Source: Saccostrea echinata (taxonomy: Eukaryota). Taken from it: DNA of 64,000 nt. The notes below the pieces were generated by a model. It had not been told where the DNA came from. It did no database searches and saw nothing but the letters and a program-made list of their open reading frames with translations. Positions within the stretch are counted from its first letter, which is position 1. The number at the start of each line of letters is the position of its first letter. The position numbers were made by a program, and so were the translations under genes. Where the stretch lies: NCBI RefSeq assembly GCF_033153115.1, contig NW_026889803.1, forward strand, positions 39,928,001 through 39,992,000, given 5' to 3'. This document shows, in pieces, positions 27,869 to 39,714 of this stretch.

Positions 27869-28032
27869 AAACTTAAATGATAAGAAATCTTTTTTCCGAA
27901 AAAAAAAACAAATACAAATTCAGTTTTTGTATCTCAAGGTACAACTTGACTTTGGTCTGGGTCTAATTTAGTCAAATGTCTGGATTTAAGAATTACACAA
28001 AACTGCGGGGGGGGGGGGGGTCTTGAAATATG

Positions 28033-28337
28033 CAGGCGCGGATCCAGGAAAAAAATCCAAATCGTATTAAACTCAGAAAATTTCTGGACAAGCAAAAAAT
28101 AAAACGAAACAAAAACCAAACAAACAAAGAAACAAACAAAAAACGTAAAATTCATTTTCCAAATGTTAAACAAACCTATTTCGTGGTGGTGGTGGTGGTG
28201 GTGGGGTCCACGATTTCGGGGGGGGGGGGGGATCCAAAGTTTTTTTGTTTTGTTTTTTGTTTTTTGCTTCAGTATATACTTTTAATAACTCTTCAAATTC
28301 CGGGGGAGGGGGGATTCCGCCTCTAGATCCGCGCATG
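28033..28337. mobile_element. Short-TIR non-autonomous DNA transposon
   Basis: ATATG|CAGGCGCGGATCCAG ... CTAGATCCGCGCATG|ATATG: short TIRs with a 5-bp direct repeat. A related element (agggcggatccag...ctggatccgccactg) is at ~35593-35766. Confidence 0.6.
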
Positions 28338-29928
28338 ATATGGAAAAGTATATGTATCTGTTGGTAAAAACATAATATCCGAATAATCAAATAGACTAGA
28401 AGCATTTATTTTTTCTCCCGTTATTTTCTCCTGAAAGACCTCTCAGCATCTGCTCAAGAAAAAAATCCTGTCCGGATTCGCCCTATCATTTGCGATGCGG
28501 ATGTTGCGTATATCAACTTTCTTGCAGTCTGAAGACGGTTTGAAAAAATATTCTTGTCCAGGAAGCATTCAGAAGCCTGTAGAGTTTATAGGTAAACTCT
28601 CAATACTTAAAATTGTATTATATTTATCAAGTCCGTGATCTTAATGCAAAATCTATATAAAAACGCCATAAAATTTATGCATTTCGGAATAAAAATATTT
28701 ATACTTCATTTCTCCAAATTCTCCATGGGGCCTCGCCCCTGGGTCCCCCATTTAGTACTTTGCTCTGGATCACTGCATGCATGGCAGCCTCGAGGCGGTC
28801 CCAGGCCTCCTGCCTAATTTGCATACTTTGGCTGGCTATGCCACTATGAATGAGATATTTTTACACTACGCCAACCATTCCCTCTCAGGCCCTTAGGAAG
28901 CAAATTCAGTTTGGGGGAGGAGGGGGGCACGTCATACATTTTAAGTTTGGGGCGGGGCGCTATCAACTACCAAAATTCCTTGACAAGCAAAAAAAAAAAA
29001 AGGTCATCAGACGTTTTTATTGAGGGGGCACAAATATATAGTAGCTATGTTTTCTATAGTAAATCTATATATCGACAAAGTTATTGGGGGGAGGGGGGGG
29101 GGTCCTACGGCCATGCCTCTTTTAGACTCGCGCCCGTATATATACCGTAAAGGAACAATCTCTAAAACTTAACTAAGGCGGAAAATGATATCAGATATCG
29201 GAATATAGTTATGATAAGCTAGGAATTCATGTATTTTTGATAAGTTTTCGAGTCTAATAAAAATTCTCTGAGGGTTGAGGGGGGAGAGGGAGCACCATCC
29301 CTTCGTTAGGTCCTGTGGATACGAGGGGCTTCTCGTCAATGTGTAAAATGACCTTTTTACCTTCAAATTTCCCAAAATGGTAAATGTCATAACTATGTAG
29401 GTACTACTCACCTGTTTAAGGGAGCCACATATATCTATGTAAACTTAACCTTGTACTTTAAAACCTAATAAGTTAAATTCATCAGGATGTGTTGGATACA
29501 ATCTAAATTAATGCACTTTTAAAATTGAATTAGTACACTAAATAATTAAAATAAAACAAAGTAAAAGAGCTAACAGTATCAACCTATATAATAATTTTCA
29601 TTAATTTTACTAACATAAATTCTTTACTCGTCGCACTTGAAAGAATTCCATCATTAGATCCGCCACATCTTTACACTGACATGACTGCTGCCAGGCGATG
29701 GGATTTGACCTCGCGGCATTTGTCAGCCAACCATTACAATAGAGAGAAACAAATCATCTAACACGCTCTGCTCTGAACGATCTATATCTACTAGCCGTGT
29801 TTCTGCGCTGAAGAATTAGTCCATTTTGTGCAGCAGCTGAGGAGAGGGAGGGATGCTTTCGTTTCTGTAGGAATGCCTGTTGCGAAATCTGTATCATTGC
29901 CGTTGGATAAGGGTCTTATTTCGGCACG

Positions 29929-32900
29929 ATGAATCTGATGGGGAAAGTGGCGCTGGTGACGGGTGGAGCTCGGGGGATGGGATATGCATTTACTGAGGCC
30001 CTGCTGGATCAGAAAGCAAAGGTCAGTCTGAAAATTACCCGTTAAAAAGAATCGAGCGAGATATATACCACTTTGTATATTTGAAAGTACATGGTATGTT
30101 TATAACGATTAAAAAAAAAATCTTTCAAGTTACTGTATATTGCAGTACATGATTGGACTAATGCTAGGTACCAAGTTATTATGATGATCTCAGCTAGGCG
30201 AACTCAATAAAAATGCTTTCGGTTTTTGTCCTGGGGGGGGGGGGGGGTTAGATCGCACATGTATGCAAACATGAGAAAAACACTTGATTTCTGACCAGTA
30301 AACACTGGTACTTTGATAGTTTGGTAATATAAATACTTTTCCAAAAAGAAAACTCGTGTACAATGCTTTCTTTTCAAATTTTCATTCATTCGTAACATGT
30401 TCTACACTTAATTAGGCAAGGTGAAATTAGAGAGGTTAAAATGAGTTTTAAAAACTAATGAACTCAATTGCACAACAGGTTCATTTAGATAAGGGCCATA
30501 TGAAGAAATATATTATGGACAAAAAACTTGTTTGTAACAAAACAGGAAACATTATATATTTATGAATGAGTGTACTAAATGTAGCATAACTTTCTCACGT
30601 TATTCAAAGAGATCCACTAAGAAAGTTGTAACTTTATCTGACGCCTCTTGGTTCCTCGCGTTACATATATATACATGTACTCTGTACACTGTATGTAAAA
30701 CTGTTTGGCCACTCTTAACCTTCTTTTCAACTTTGTTTTTTATTATTTCTATTGTTCCAGAAGTTGCTTTGACAAAAAATATTTTTTATGTTTATATTTT
30801 ATATGCCTTTTTTTTATATTTAACCAAAATAACCTGTGGAAAGGCTTATTGTGAGTACAATATGATTAACCATTTTAACTGTTAAAAAAATTCTCCCAGC
30901 AACAGAGGAAATTCAAGCCTTTTATATCATATTTATTGCTGTACAAAAACTCTATTCCACCGCACGCACATCAAATTGAAGAGACACGCAAAAAGTAACC
31001 CAAAACTAACAAACTTTTGAATAAAATACTCTGTTTGAGCAGTTTTATCCATGTAGAGGATTTAGAGATATTTATCTTTTAGTACAGCGAAAACATTAAC
31101 GTGAAAGAGAAAACAAGAATAAACTCTGCGTCTTGTGATTTTCGTCATTTTCCTTAAGAAAGGGTGGTGTATATCTGTGTTTTTTTCTTTTTGTGAAAAA
31201 AATGCTTTATGTAGTGGTAGAGATTAGAGAGTGTTAAATGATTGAACTGAATTAAACATTTACGGCATATCAAAACAATGCACAAATACTAAGTGAGCAT
31301 CTAACAAAATCATTCTATCATAACTAATATTCTGCCATGATTTTGTTCTGCAAGCTCTAGTCTGTAAATCACACCGAGAACTTTTAGGCTCAACTTTTGA
31401 ATGAAATATTCAAAGTTTCATCATTATACGCTTGATATAAATATTGGGGTGAGGGATGTTTAGATGATACGCGTCAAACTTCTCGCTGCAGGTGTGTTTT
31501 TGTGACATAAATGAAGATTTGGGATTGAAGTCACTCCAAGAGCTAAAATCTAAGTTTGGAGAAACAAATGTTATGTTCCAAGTATGTGATGTCACAAGGC
31601 AACAACCAATGGAAAGTGAGTAGATTTGTCACAGATTGTAAATGACATATATATATAACAATTTCGGGACTAAAAAAATTTCAAATTTATTTTTTTTATT
31701 ATACCTGTCATTTGTTGAAATTTGATCCATGTAGAAATGTTATTTGTTTGTTTTTATCCATTTAATATACTGTAAATCACTTTTGATTCACGAAAACCTA
31801 ATTTTCGCGCAATATTACCCGAATGTCTGATAAAAAAAATTTCTTTTGTTCAATTAAATATTATATACAATGATACCAAAATTACTGAGAAATTTTCCTC
31901 GCCAATAAATGTCATACAACTCTCTCGCAAAAATAAGGTACTATAGAATCTCGACATCTACAATATATGTACATTTGTACTTCCCAATATAAAGTTGTCT
32001 GACAGAGAAGTGTAAATTTTTTCATAGGGGAATCTCTTTGAAATGTTTTAAATAGATTATGAAATATGTAAACTTTAAACTATCGTACACGTTAAACCAT
32101 GCATATACATATATAACTCCATGAAGAGTACTATATAGTAAACAGAATTGCGCCAATAAAAACTACGTTCGAATTCCTGAGTGTCATCGCTTCATTCACA
32201 CGATGTTGATTAACACTCATATTCCTACAAATGACAGTGAAATGTCGACCCAATTTCCCCCTTGGATTAATATCTACAAATAAGCACACAGCACGTTTGA
32301 GGTTTTGGCAAAAGCATACTCCAAATGTCTCTAGTTACCGTTCTGCAGCCAAAGTTGAAACTTTACCAATAGTTAGGAACTTTCATTTGAATTATGAAAA
32401 CAACAAGACAGAATTCCTTGTTAACTTTTATTTATTTACATTTTTATCTGTTTTGACAGAAAATATCGAGGCTTAAGATCATTAATAAGACAAACACTTT
32501 CAGTATACTAGTAATTGATTTAAGGGGTTGGCAAAGGTTTAGTTTTATGGGGCAAAAAAATTGAACAGCTGGTGCAATACACAAAACATTTTCCCTAGCT
32601 GTAATCCCTTGTATTTAGTAATGGTTATAGAAATTATATTATGGCGCTTTTTTATCGACACATTTTCTAGATTTATTTCAAAGTGTCAAAGAGAAGTTTG
32701 GTTGTCTGGATATCGTCTGCAACAATGCCGGGTTGGGCGGGGAGACGTATCCTTTATGGGAGAAAGCTGTTGACGTTAATTTGGTAAGCATGCATGGATC
32801 TTTTTTGATGTGATTTACCCCTCAATTTTTCACCATGGCAAATTCCTTATCTATAAAGTCTCGTTATCACAATGTGATTTCCTTCTCAACCCCAATTGCT

Positions 32901-35900
32901 GTGAGTCAAAAGCAGAGCAAAAATATGACAATGCACTAAATAAATTTTAAATGAAATGGAGCAGTGATAAAAACACAAGTAGTGTACATTGATTATTATA
33001 TATTCTGTTGTTGTTGAGTGCAGCAGTACAGAGAAAAGGTATGAAAACGATCCATCTGCGAAACTGATAGCTGCAGAACTGTAACGCTATGGTTTTATAT
33101 ATTTTAGTCTTTGACCATAATTTGTGGCATTATTCGTAGGGAAAGTAGTGCGTTATGGTCAAAGACTAAAATATAAAACCATAACGCTACAGTTCTGCAG
33201 CTACGAAACTGAAAGTATTGAAGCGATGGTATTTTCCATTTCAGTGTCACTGGAAACCGTTTGTAATTCATAGTCTTGAGCTAATTCCCTCGTAACTGCT
33301 GGGGTAGAGAGATAGAAAAAAAAAACAGAATAAAACCGGGCGGTTATAAATACATGTACTTGTCGTCCTTCTAATAGTTCAGGAATTCTTCGCCTCTTTT
33401 TTCCATTGAAAACCGTATTATTGCTAAGACTAAACCTTACAAATTGTAAGAAAAAATCTTTGCACTTTTCCAAGAGAAATATATTCGTAGACTATTAAAA
33501 TTTAGAAATATATATGGTGTAAATTGATTATTTATATTTTTTTGGGGGGGGTTATTTTTGACAATGGTAAAATTTAATATTGGCTATTTTAAATTTATGA
33601 GCATTTCAAAAAATATTTTATGCCAAGTTAAACTGTCTTATAATCTTGGAATTAAGAGAATACTTTAAATTGAGAAACGTATACGTTGAAAGCGTTTTAC
33701 GAGCAATAGATCATATGCAATGTGTTTTCTGTCTTCTGACGTATCATCCTACGACAATTTTAGAAAGGAACAACCAGGGGGACATTGCTGGCTCTTGAAC
33801 ACATGAGGACGGACAAAGGAGGAAATGGAGGCGTTATCATTAACGTATCGTCTGCGGCAGGTACACATATTGTAACTTTTGCCGTATAATACAGGCCCGA
33901 GGATAATTATATTGTCTTAGGCTGAAGTCCAGCATTCAAAAAATAAACAACTGTTATAAACTGACACTGGAAAATTGAAATTAACAAAATGAAAGGAAAA
34001 GTTTTTACAAAGTCTCAAATTTTATATGTGTTCGATTATAAACTTTAATACAACATTTTGAGTTAAGTCAAAACTACTTCATTATCCTATTGGTCAGAAA
34101 TAATTTTTTTATTGACGAAAGATGAAATAAAGTATGTCAGGTTTGAACATTTTGTTACGAAGGAAACGCCGATAACATGTTATAAGTTAAATACCAGATA
34201 TCGTTTTGGCAAACCATCAGACACATGCCGATTTTAACCTTTCACTAACCCCTGCTTTTTTAAAGTTTAATTGATGTAATCACATAGCTCCTCTGAAATT
34301 GAATATCAGTATGTCAAAAAGTTAATACAAAAGCAACCTTTTTTTGTGCTAGATGAAACTTTTATTTTGTTCATTAAATTTCAAACTTAGAGACTAAACA
34401 AAAAATATAACTGGTTGTTGAGATTCAGTGAGATAAATGTATTTTGAATGAAAACTGCGTAGTTCTTTGAAATGAAACATCTCCCTTTTGAGATGAAGAT
34501 TGTGTTATCATTTCAGGGTTGAATGTGAATCCCTTATCCCCCGTCTACAGTGCAACAAAAGCGGCCATTATAGCGTTAACTCGGAGTTTGGCGGTAAGGA
34601 AGAGATAAGTCTGACATCTATACCTTTACATTCTATCAATCTGATGTGAAGGAATTTAAGAATTGGTACATTGAACTTAAATTTGAGTAATTTTGAAGTG
34701 CACGCGTGGGTAGAGACATGCGAAGTAATCATTCATGTTGAAGATGATAAAAACATAGTAGCACGCCTTGTTTCTACTGTTCATTTCACGTACAATTTAT
34801 TTCTCATAAATCTCATAAAAAACTCTTCTAACAGGTTTAAATGGAATAGCACTGTGAAACTCAGTTTTACACTAAGTGGAGAACATAGCGTTATACGTAC
34901 AATTCTCTTAAAATTTAACCAAGATACTAAGAAAAATAGTGAGTTATCTAAAATTTTGTATGAGTGTATCATGCTGCCACAAAAAAGACGCAATTTTTCA
35001 AAATTGACCACTCTGAAAGCTACTTTATTGATAATTAAAAAAAAAGTGATGACATTAGAGCGATTTTACTATCATTATACTAACTCACATTTAGAGCACC
35101 AAAGTGACCTAGGTGACATATTGCTATCAACTTTCGTCGTTCGTCGTGAACTCTTCGAGCTTTTCTAAAACTGCAGGACCAGTTTTAACAGGGTTTGGTT
35201 TATAGCATCTATTGGGGAAAAAGAAGATGGGCGAACAAGCAGAGCGAAATGCCTATTGTGCGACAAATAAAAAAGTGAAAAAAATAAATCTCAATTATGA
35301 CAAATTTTCTCTAATATTTCATTTAACATAACGTATACTTTATGTACATGTAAAATCTCCATAAATCGCAACAATCTCACAAAGATTGAACTTCTTCATC
35401 CATGAAATAGCATACATACACCAAAGAGGGGAAAATGATCAATTCTAAACTAAAACACAATTTTGAGTGGGTCTTCGCTCCATTTTTTGAAAGATTATAC
35501 TCAAAGTATGCGTAAAAATAAATATTCTTTGGTTTTCAAAAACATGGAGCAAATACATACTTTACCTTAAAAATACATTTTATGACACAATTTAAGGGCG
35601 GATCCAGCACCGGGTGTGCCCCCCCCCCCCGTTTGAATTTTTTTGTTGAAATTTTGTGTGTATAACAAGCATTTACCTTCGGATTAGTCCATTTTAGTAC
35701 ATAAATAGATAAAATGATACTACTGCCCCCCCCCCCCCGGTTATGTAATTCCTGGATCCGCCACTGCAACTTTCGTATTTTTCCGATAAATAGTTGAAGT
35801 CCATTTAGTCAAGGGTCTTATCACATGTACAAACATGATTTAAATGCCCATCTTTGGTATGAGCGGTATAGATTAGTGATTAGCGTGACAGTCTGGAAAG

Positions 35901-38069
35901 GAAATTGACACTCAGGATTTTTTATTGCTTTGGTTCGAACCCCAAGAATACCACTTCTTTTTTTAATCACAGAATGATTTTTTTCCGAAAGATGTTTCTG
36001 CAGAAAAGTTTTGTTTCAATGATAAGAACTTTACTTCAATACTAAATTCACAAATTTTGCACGCCTTTGCCCCCTCCCCCCCCCCCAATCTTTTGACTAT
36101 ATGGTTCCATCTTAGTGGCATCTGAAACATCGGGTCTTTCCCAGAAAGGTGTTTTTTTCTGTAAGGCCTGGGGTATTCTAGATTATCTTAGTGAGACTGA
36201 AAGTTGTGACCAAAATCTCCCAAATGAATGCACTCTTTGAACGTAATTCTCTTCCCGTGGAAATCTTGAAGACAAAACTATCTGCATGACCACATTGATG
36301 AATGAGAACTTTACTACAATTTTGAAAGTGTTTCCCAAGTTAGGATTCAGGTCATGGGTTAGGGTTAGGTTGCTCATACATCACCTGGACCTCTTTCAGA
36401 CAAACAAATTACATAATTATCCTGAGCAATGAGCAAAGAATATAAGAAGCAAATTCATGTTCTCTGGACCCATGGTTCATTCGGGTCCCATGGTGATGCT
36501 AAATTCAGTTGCATTACATCTTTATTTTTACCCATTTTTTTTTCATTGACATTTTTCAGACAAAGAACAAAGTACGTTACCGGCTATATACGACCGAGAA
36601 ATTTTACGATTTTTCATCTACGGTTTTTTGGTGCAAGTCCTTTATGCTTTGTTTACAGTGAAACTAAAGCTAATGTCAAATTGTATAAAAATGACGTAAT
36701 ATGCAATAGTAACAATGTACAATGTATGTAAATACATAATAATGCTGAGCAATATCCCATCTGGCTATATTATTTAAACAACCAAAGACTGCACAAAAAA
36801 TATGTCAAATTTCATTATTTTCAGAAATTGTGCAACATGGTCTTTTTAAACGAGTAATGGTTGTATATTATATGAATTATCTTTCTTTCTGCAATAGACT
36901 CTGACTGATAACAAAAACTTAGGGAAAAAGACATAATATTCCTTTAAGACATATACAAAGATTGTCTTTGACAAAATGTCCCAAGGTCATTTGAACATCT
37001 TCAAGGTTTTCAGGGGAAAAATTGTCTCTGTGATGAAAAATATGATGCGTTGTATGATACTCAGGTGCCCGTCAAGGCCCACGAGCATCTTTACTGGTAG
37101 AAATTTTTCTCGGGCATCATTTGCAGATCTTAAGAGATAATAACCGGATTCCGTCTTTCAGATGAATTCTGATGTGAAGTCTGCCGGAGTTCGACTTAAT
37201 GTATTCTGTCCAGCCTTTGTTGACACAGATTTAGTAAAAGAAATCAATGAAGAGAACTGCTTAGACGTCAAGAAAGCCCATCAGTTCCTGAAAGTTATTG
37301 GAATGATAACGTAAGTTTGCACAAGTTTGTTAAAACATTTTTTTTTTGTTCAAAAGGGATCGCAAGAAAATTTGATCTATTTGGAAAAAAAGGACACAAA
37401 ATGCTTGAAAAAAGCTAAATGCGAAAGTCTGAGTTAAGAGGGCTGGGTGGTTGTGGCCATTTTAGACTTTATTGATCTCCTTTAGAAGAAGAGCTCCATA
37501 TAAAGATATATAAAAATGATCAAATTTTAAAACTAAAATGTATGAAATCTTTGTTTGCCAAATGATAGTTGACAGCTTAAGATATCATATCTAAAAAATT
37601 AAAGTTATATCTGATGGTTAATTTGTTGACCCCCCAGCCTCCTTAAATTTTTTTCCATAGGAAAGGAAAATCGTAAGTAAAGCTTATCTCGAGCTTCATT
37701 AGGGTGATGCCCCAGAAATGCATTATTTACTCGGCAGTGTTCTTATCAATAACAAATGCATTTTATGAACTGAAAAGTTTACAGTAAAACGAATATTTCT
37801 CATTTGAAAGTAAACAAATCAGACGGTTGTATACAATGATCGATTCACGTTGAAGAAATCTCTGTCGGCTTTAATAGCACATTTAATGTCAGTTGAAAAT
37901 CTACAGATATATCACATGTTTTCTATCACATTGTTTTAATAGCAAAGAAGAAGCTGCCGAGAGTTTCATGGAACTGGTTTGTGACGTGAACCAAAATGGA
38001 GCCGTTTTGAAGTGTTCCAAAACGGATGGTAAACAGTACATGTCGATAGAGGCGAAACCTTTGACGTAG
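29929..38069 (+). CDS. HPGD: 15-hydroxyprostaglandin dehydrogenase [NAD+]-like short-chain dehydrogenase/reductase, 259 aa; exons 29929-30021, 31492-31615, 32671-32783, 33764-33860, 34517-34593, 37162-37310, 37943-38069
   Basis: Contains MNLMGKVALVTGGARGMG (TGxxxGxG Rossmann motif), QVCDVT, LDIVCNNAG, WEKAVDVNL, GGNGGVIINVSSAAG, catalytic YSATK (YxxxK) and GVRLNVFCPAFVDT. All introns are GT-AG and in phase, and the exon layout follows HPGD. Exact orthology versus a mollusc-expanded paralog is not resolved. Confidence 0.9.
33068..33203. mobile_element. Short foldback MITE in HPGD intron 3
   Basis: tagctgcagaactgtaacgctatggttttat...tagtctttgaccataa and ttatggtcaaagacta...ataaaaccataacgctacagttctgcagcta are near-perfect inverted arms. 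Confidence 0.7.
35220..35560. repeat. Interspersed repeat fragment shared in inverted orientation with ~60690-61000
   Basis: aagaagatgggcgaacaagcagagcg...aaatctcaattatgacaaa...gggtcttcgctcca matches the reverse complement of tggagcgaagaccc...ataattgagattt...cttgtttgcccatcttctt. Confidence 0.6.
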
Positions 38070-39714
38070 AGGGTACTGGCATCTCGGTTTCATCGAAAAA
38101 AGTGAAGTCTTTTGTATCGTTGTAAATCAATACCAATTTAAAATATACTCTGTCGATAAAGAAAGGGTTAACACGATACCCTGAATGATATACAAACTGA
38201 ACAGTATCCGAAATGTCAAATGGAATTTGAGGAGAATTAAAACAGTGGCATAATCTATTTTAATTTTTAATACGTCATAATTCTGAATAGCAATCGCAGT
38301 TCAGTTCAGATCCGATATCGTTCAAAAATAATTGTGATTATACATGTTTCATCGATATTTTATAAATTGATATTCTTTGATATTGTGTACATTATTTTTA
38401 ATGATATTTTTATATGTATTTTGCAAAACAAAACAAGAGAAAAAAATGAAATAACATGTTTTTCATCATCTGAGGGACTTCTAGACGAACAATGCATATA
38501 TATGTACCATATTTATTTATTGTATTGATTACCAATTAATATAACCAATTACCTATAGTTTACTATATACTTGAATGTTGTAAATGTAGTATTGTACCAT
38601 ATTATAAAATGTTGAAATAGAGTTGTGGAACTTTGAGCCTGTTAGTGCAATATATACGTACAAAGAGCATTTAAATTTCAATGGAATATAATTTTTCTAG
38701 TATATTGTTATCGTCATTTCATTTCGGATTATTGCTGAAGTGTAAATCTGTTGTGTTTGACTACCATTGTGTAAGGTAAATTATACTGAGTAAGCATTTT
38801 TTTTTCAAATTTTAACCACGTGAAATTACCTTTTTTTAATTATATTTTTTACAACAGTATTGTTCAAAACAGAATACCTCATTTTTTGTACCTTTTTTGA
38901 ATTAACTTACAGTATTATAATATTGCATTTACTTTGTTAGGCAAAATAATCCATTAGACAATAATACATATTAATGTGATGATTATATTTTTTTTATTCC
39001 TGTGATTTGTATATATAGTGACAAATGGCTTTGTAAATTCTTAAGAATAAAACTGTAATTGCACAGAATAAAAATACATGCCAACAATAAGATTGAATTT
39101 AAAGGCAATTTATAAGAAAATGGATGAGGTCACTAATGTCTTGATTTTGAAATTAATTGTAAAATATTTGTATTGGAATGAATTCAGCTATATAATTTCT
39201 GATTTACTTTGATATGAGAGCCTGCATAGTCTTTTTGTTTAAAAAAAATGTTTTGTAAAATAACTTTAAGACATTAAAGGCAGATTTTTCAGATGATGTG
39301 CTAATTAATTAATTATTTCTTAAATTGAATTTAAAAAAAAGTTGTTAACTATTTTGAGTTTTAATAAAATTATTAAAACCTATATAGGGTACCGGGGTAT
39401 GTTACATTTCCTTTTAATTATTCACCAAATGTACACAGGAAATTTTGGCCCTTGTAATTTTCGGCCTAAAGTTCTTTTCTTATTTTGGAAAATATTTCGA
39501 CATTTCTATTTACCCATTTGATACAGATATACGGATCTTTGTGTTCTACATCGTTCACTGATTTGTCCGATGAGCAGACTTATGAGTGAGCCGAGGGAAA
39601 ACTAAAGAAGAAAAAGTAAAAGGCTAAAAATTGAAACAGCGAAAACAAGCCATGTCTAGGCACTGCTTTATCATGTGTATGTACAATGTAGCTTTCAGCT
39701 TTACTCTCCTACTT

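Noticed and set aside
34671-35168. 165-aa ORF in HPGD intron 5, and other long single-exon ORFs in the track (e.g. 26437-26793, 45031-45345, 28030-28326)
   Set aside because: They have AT-rich or repeat-derived composition, are antisense to real exons, or lie within transposon sequence; none has a recognisable domain.
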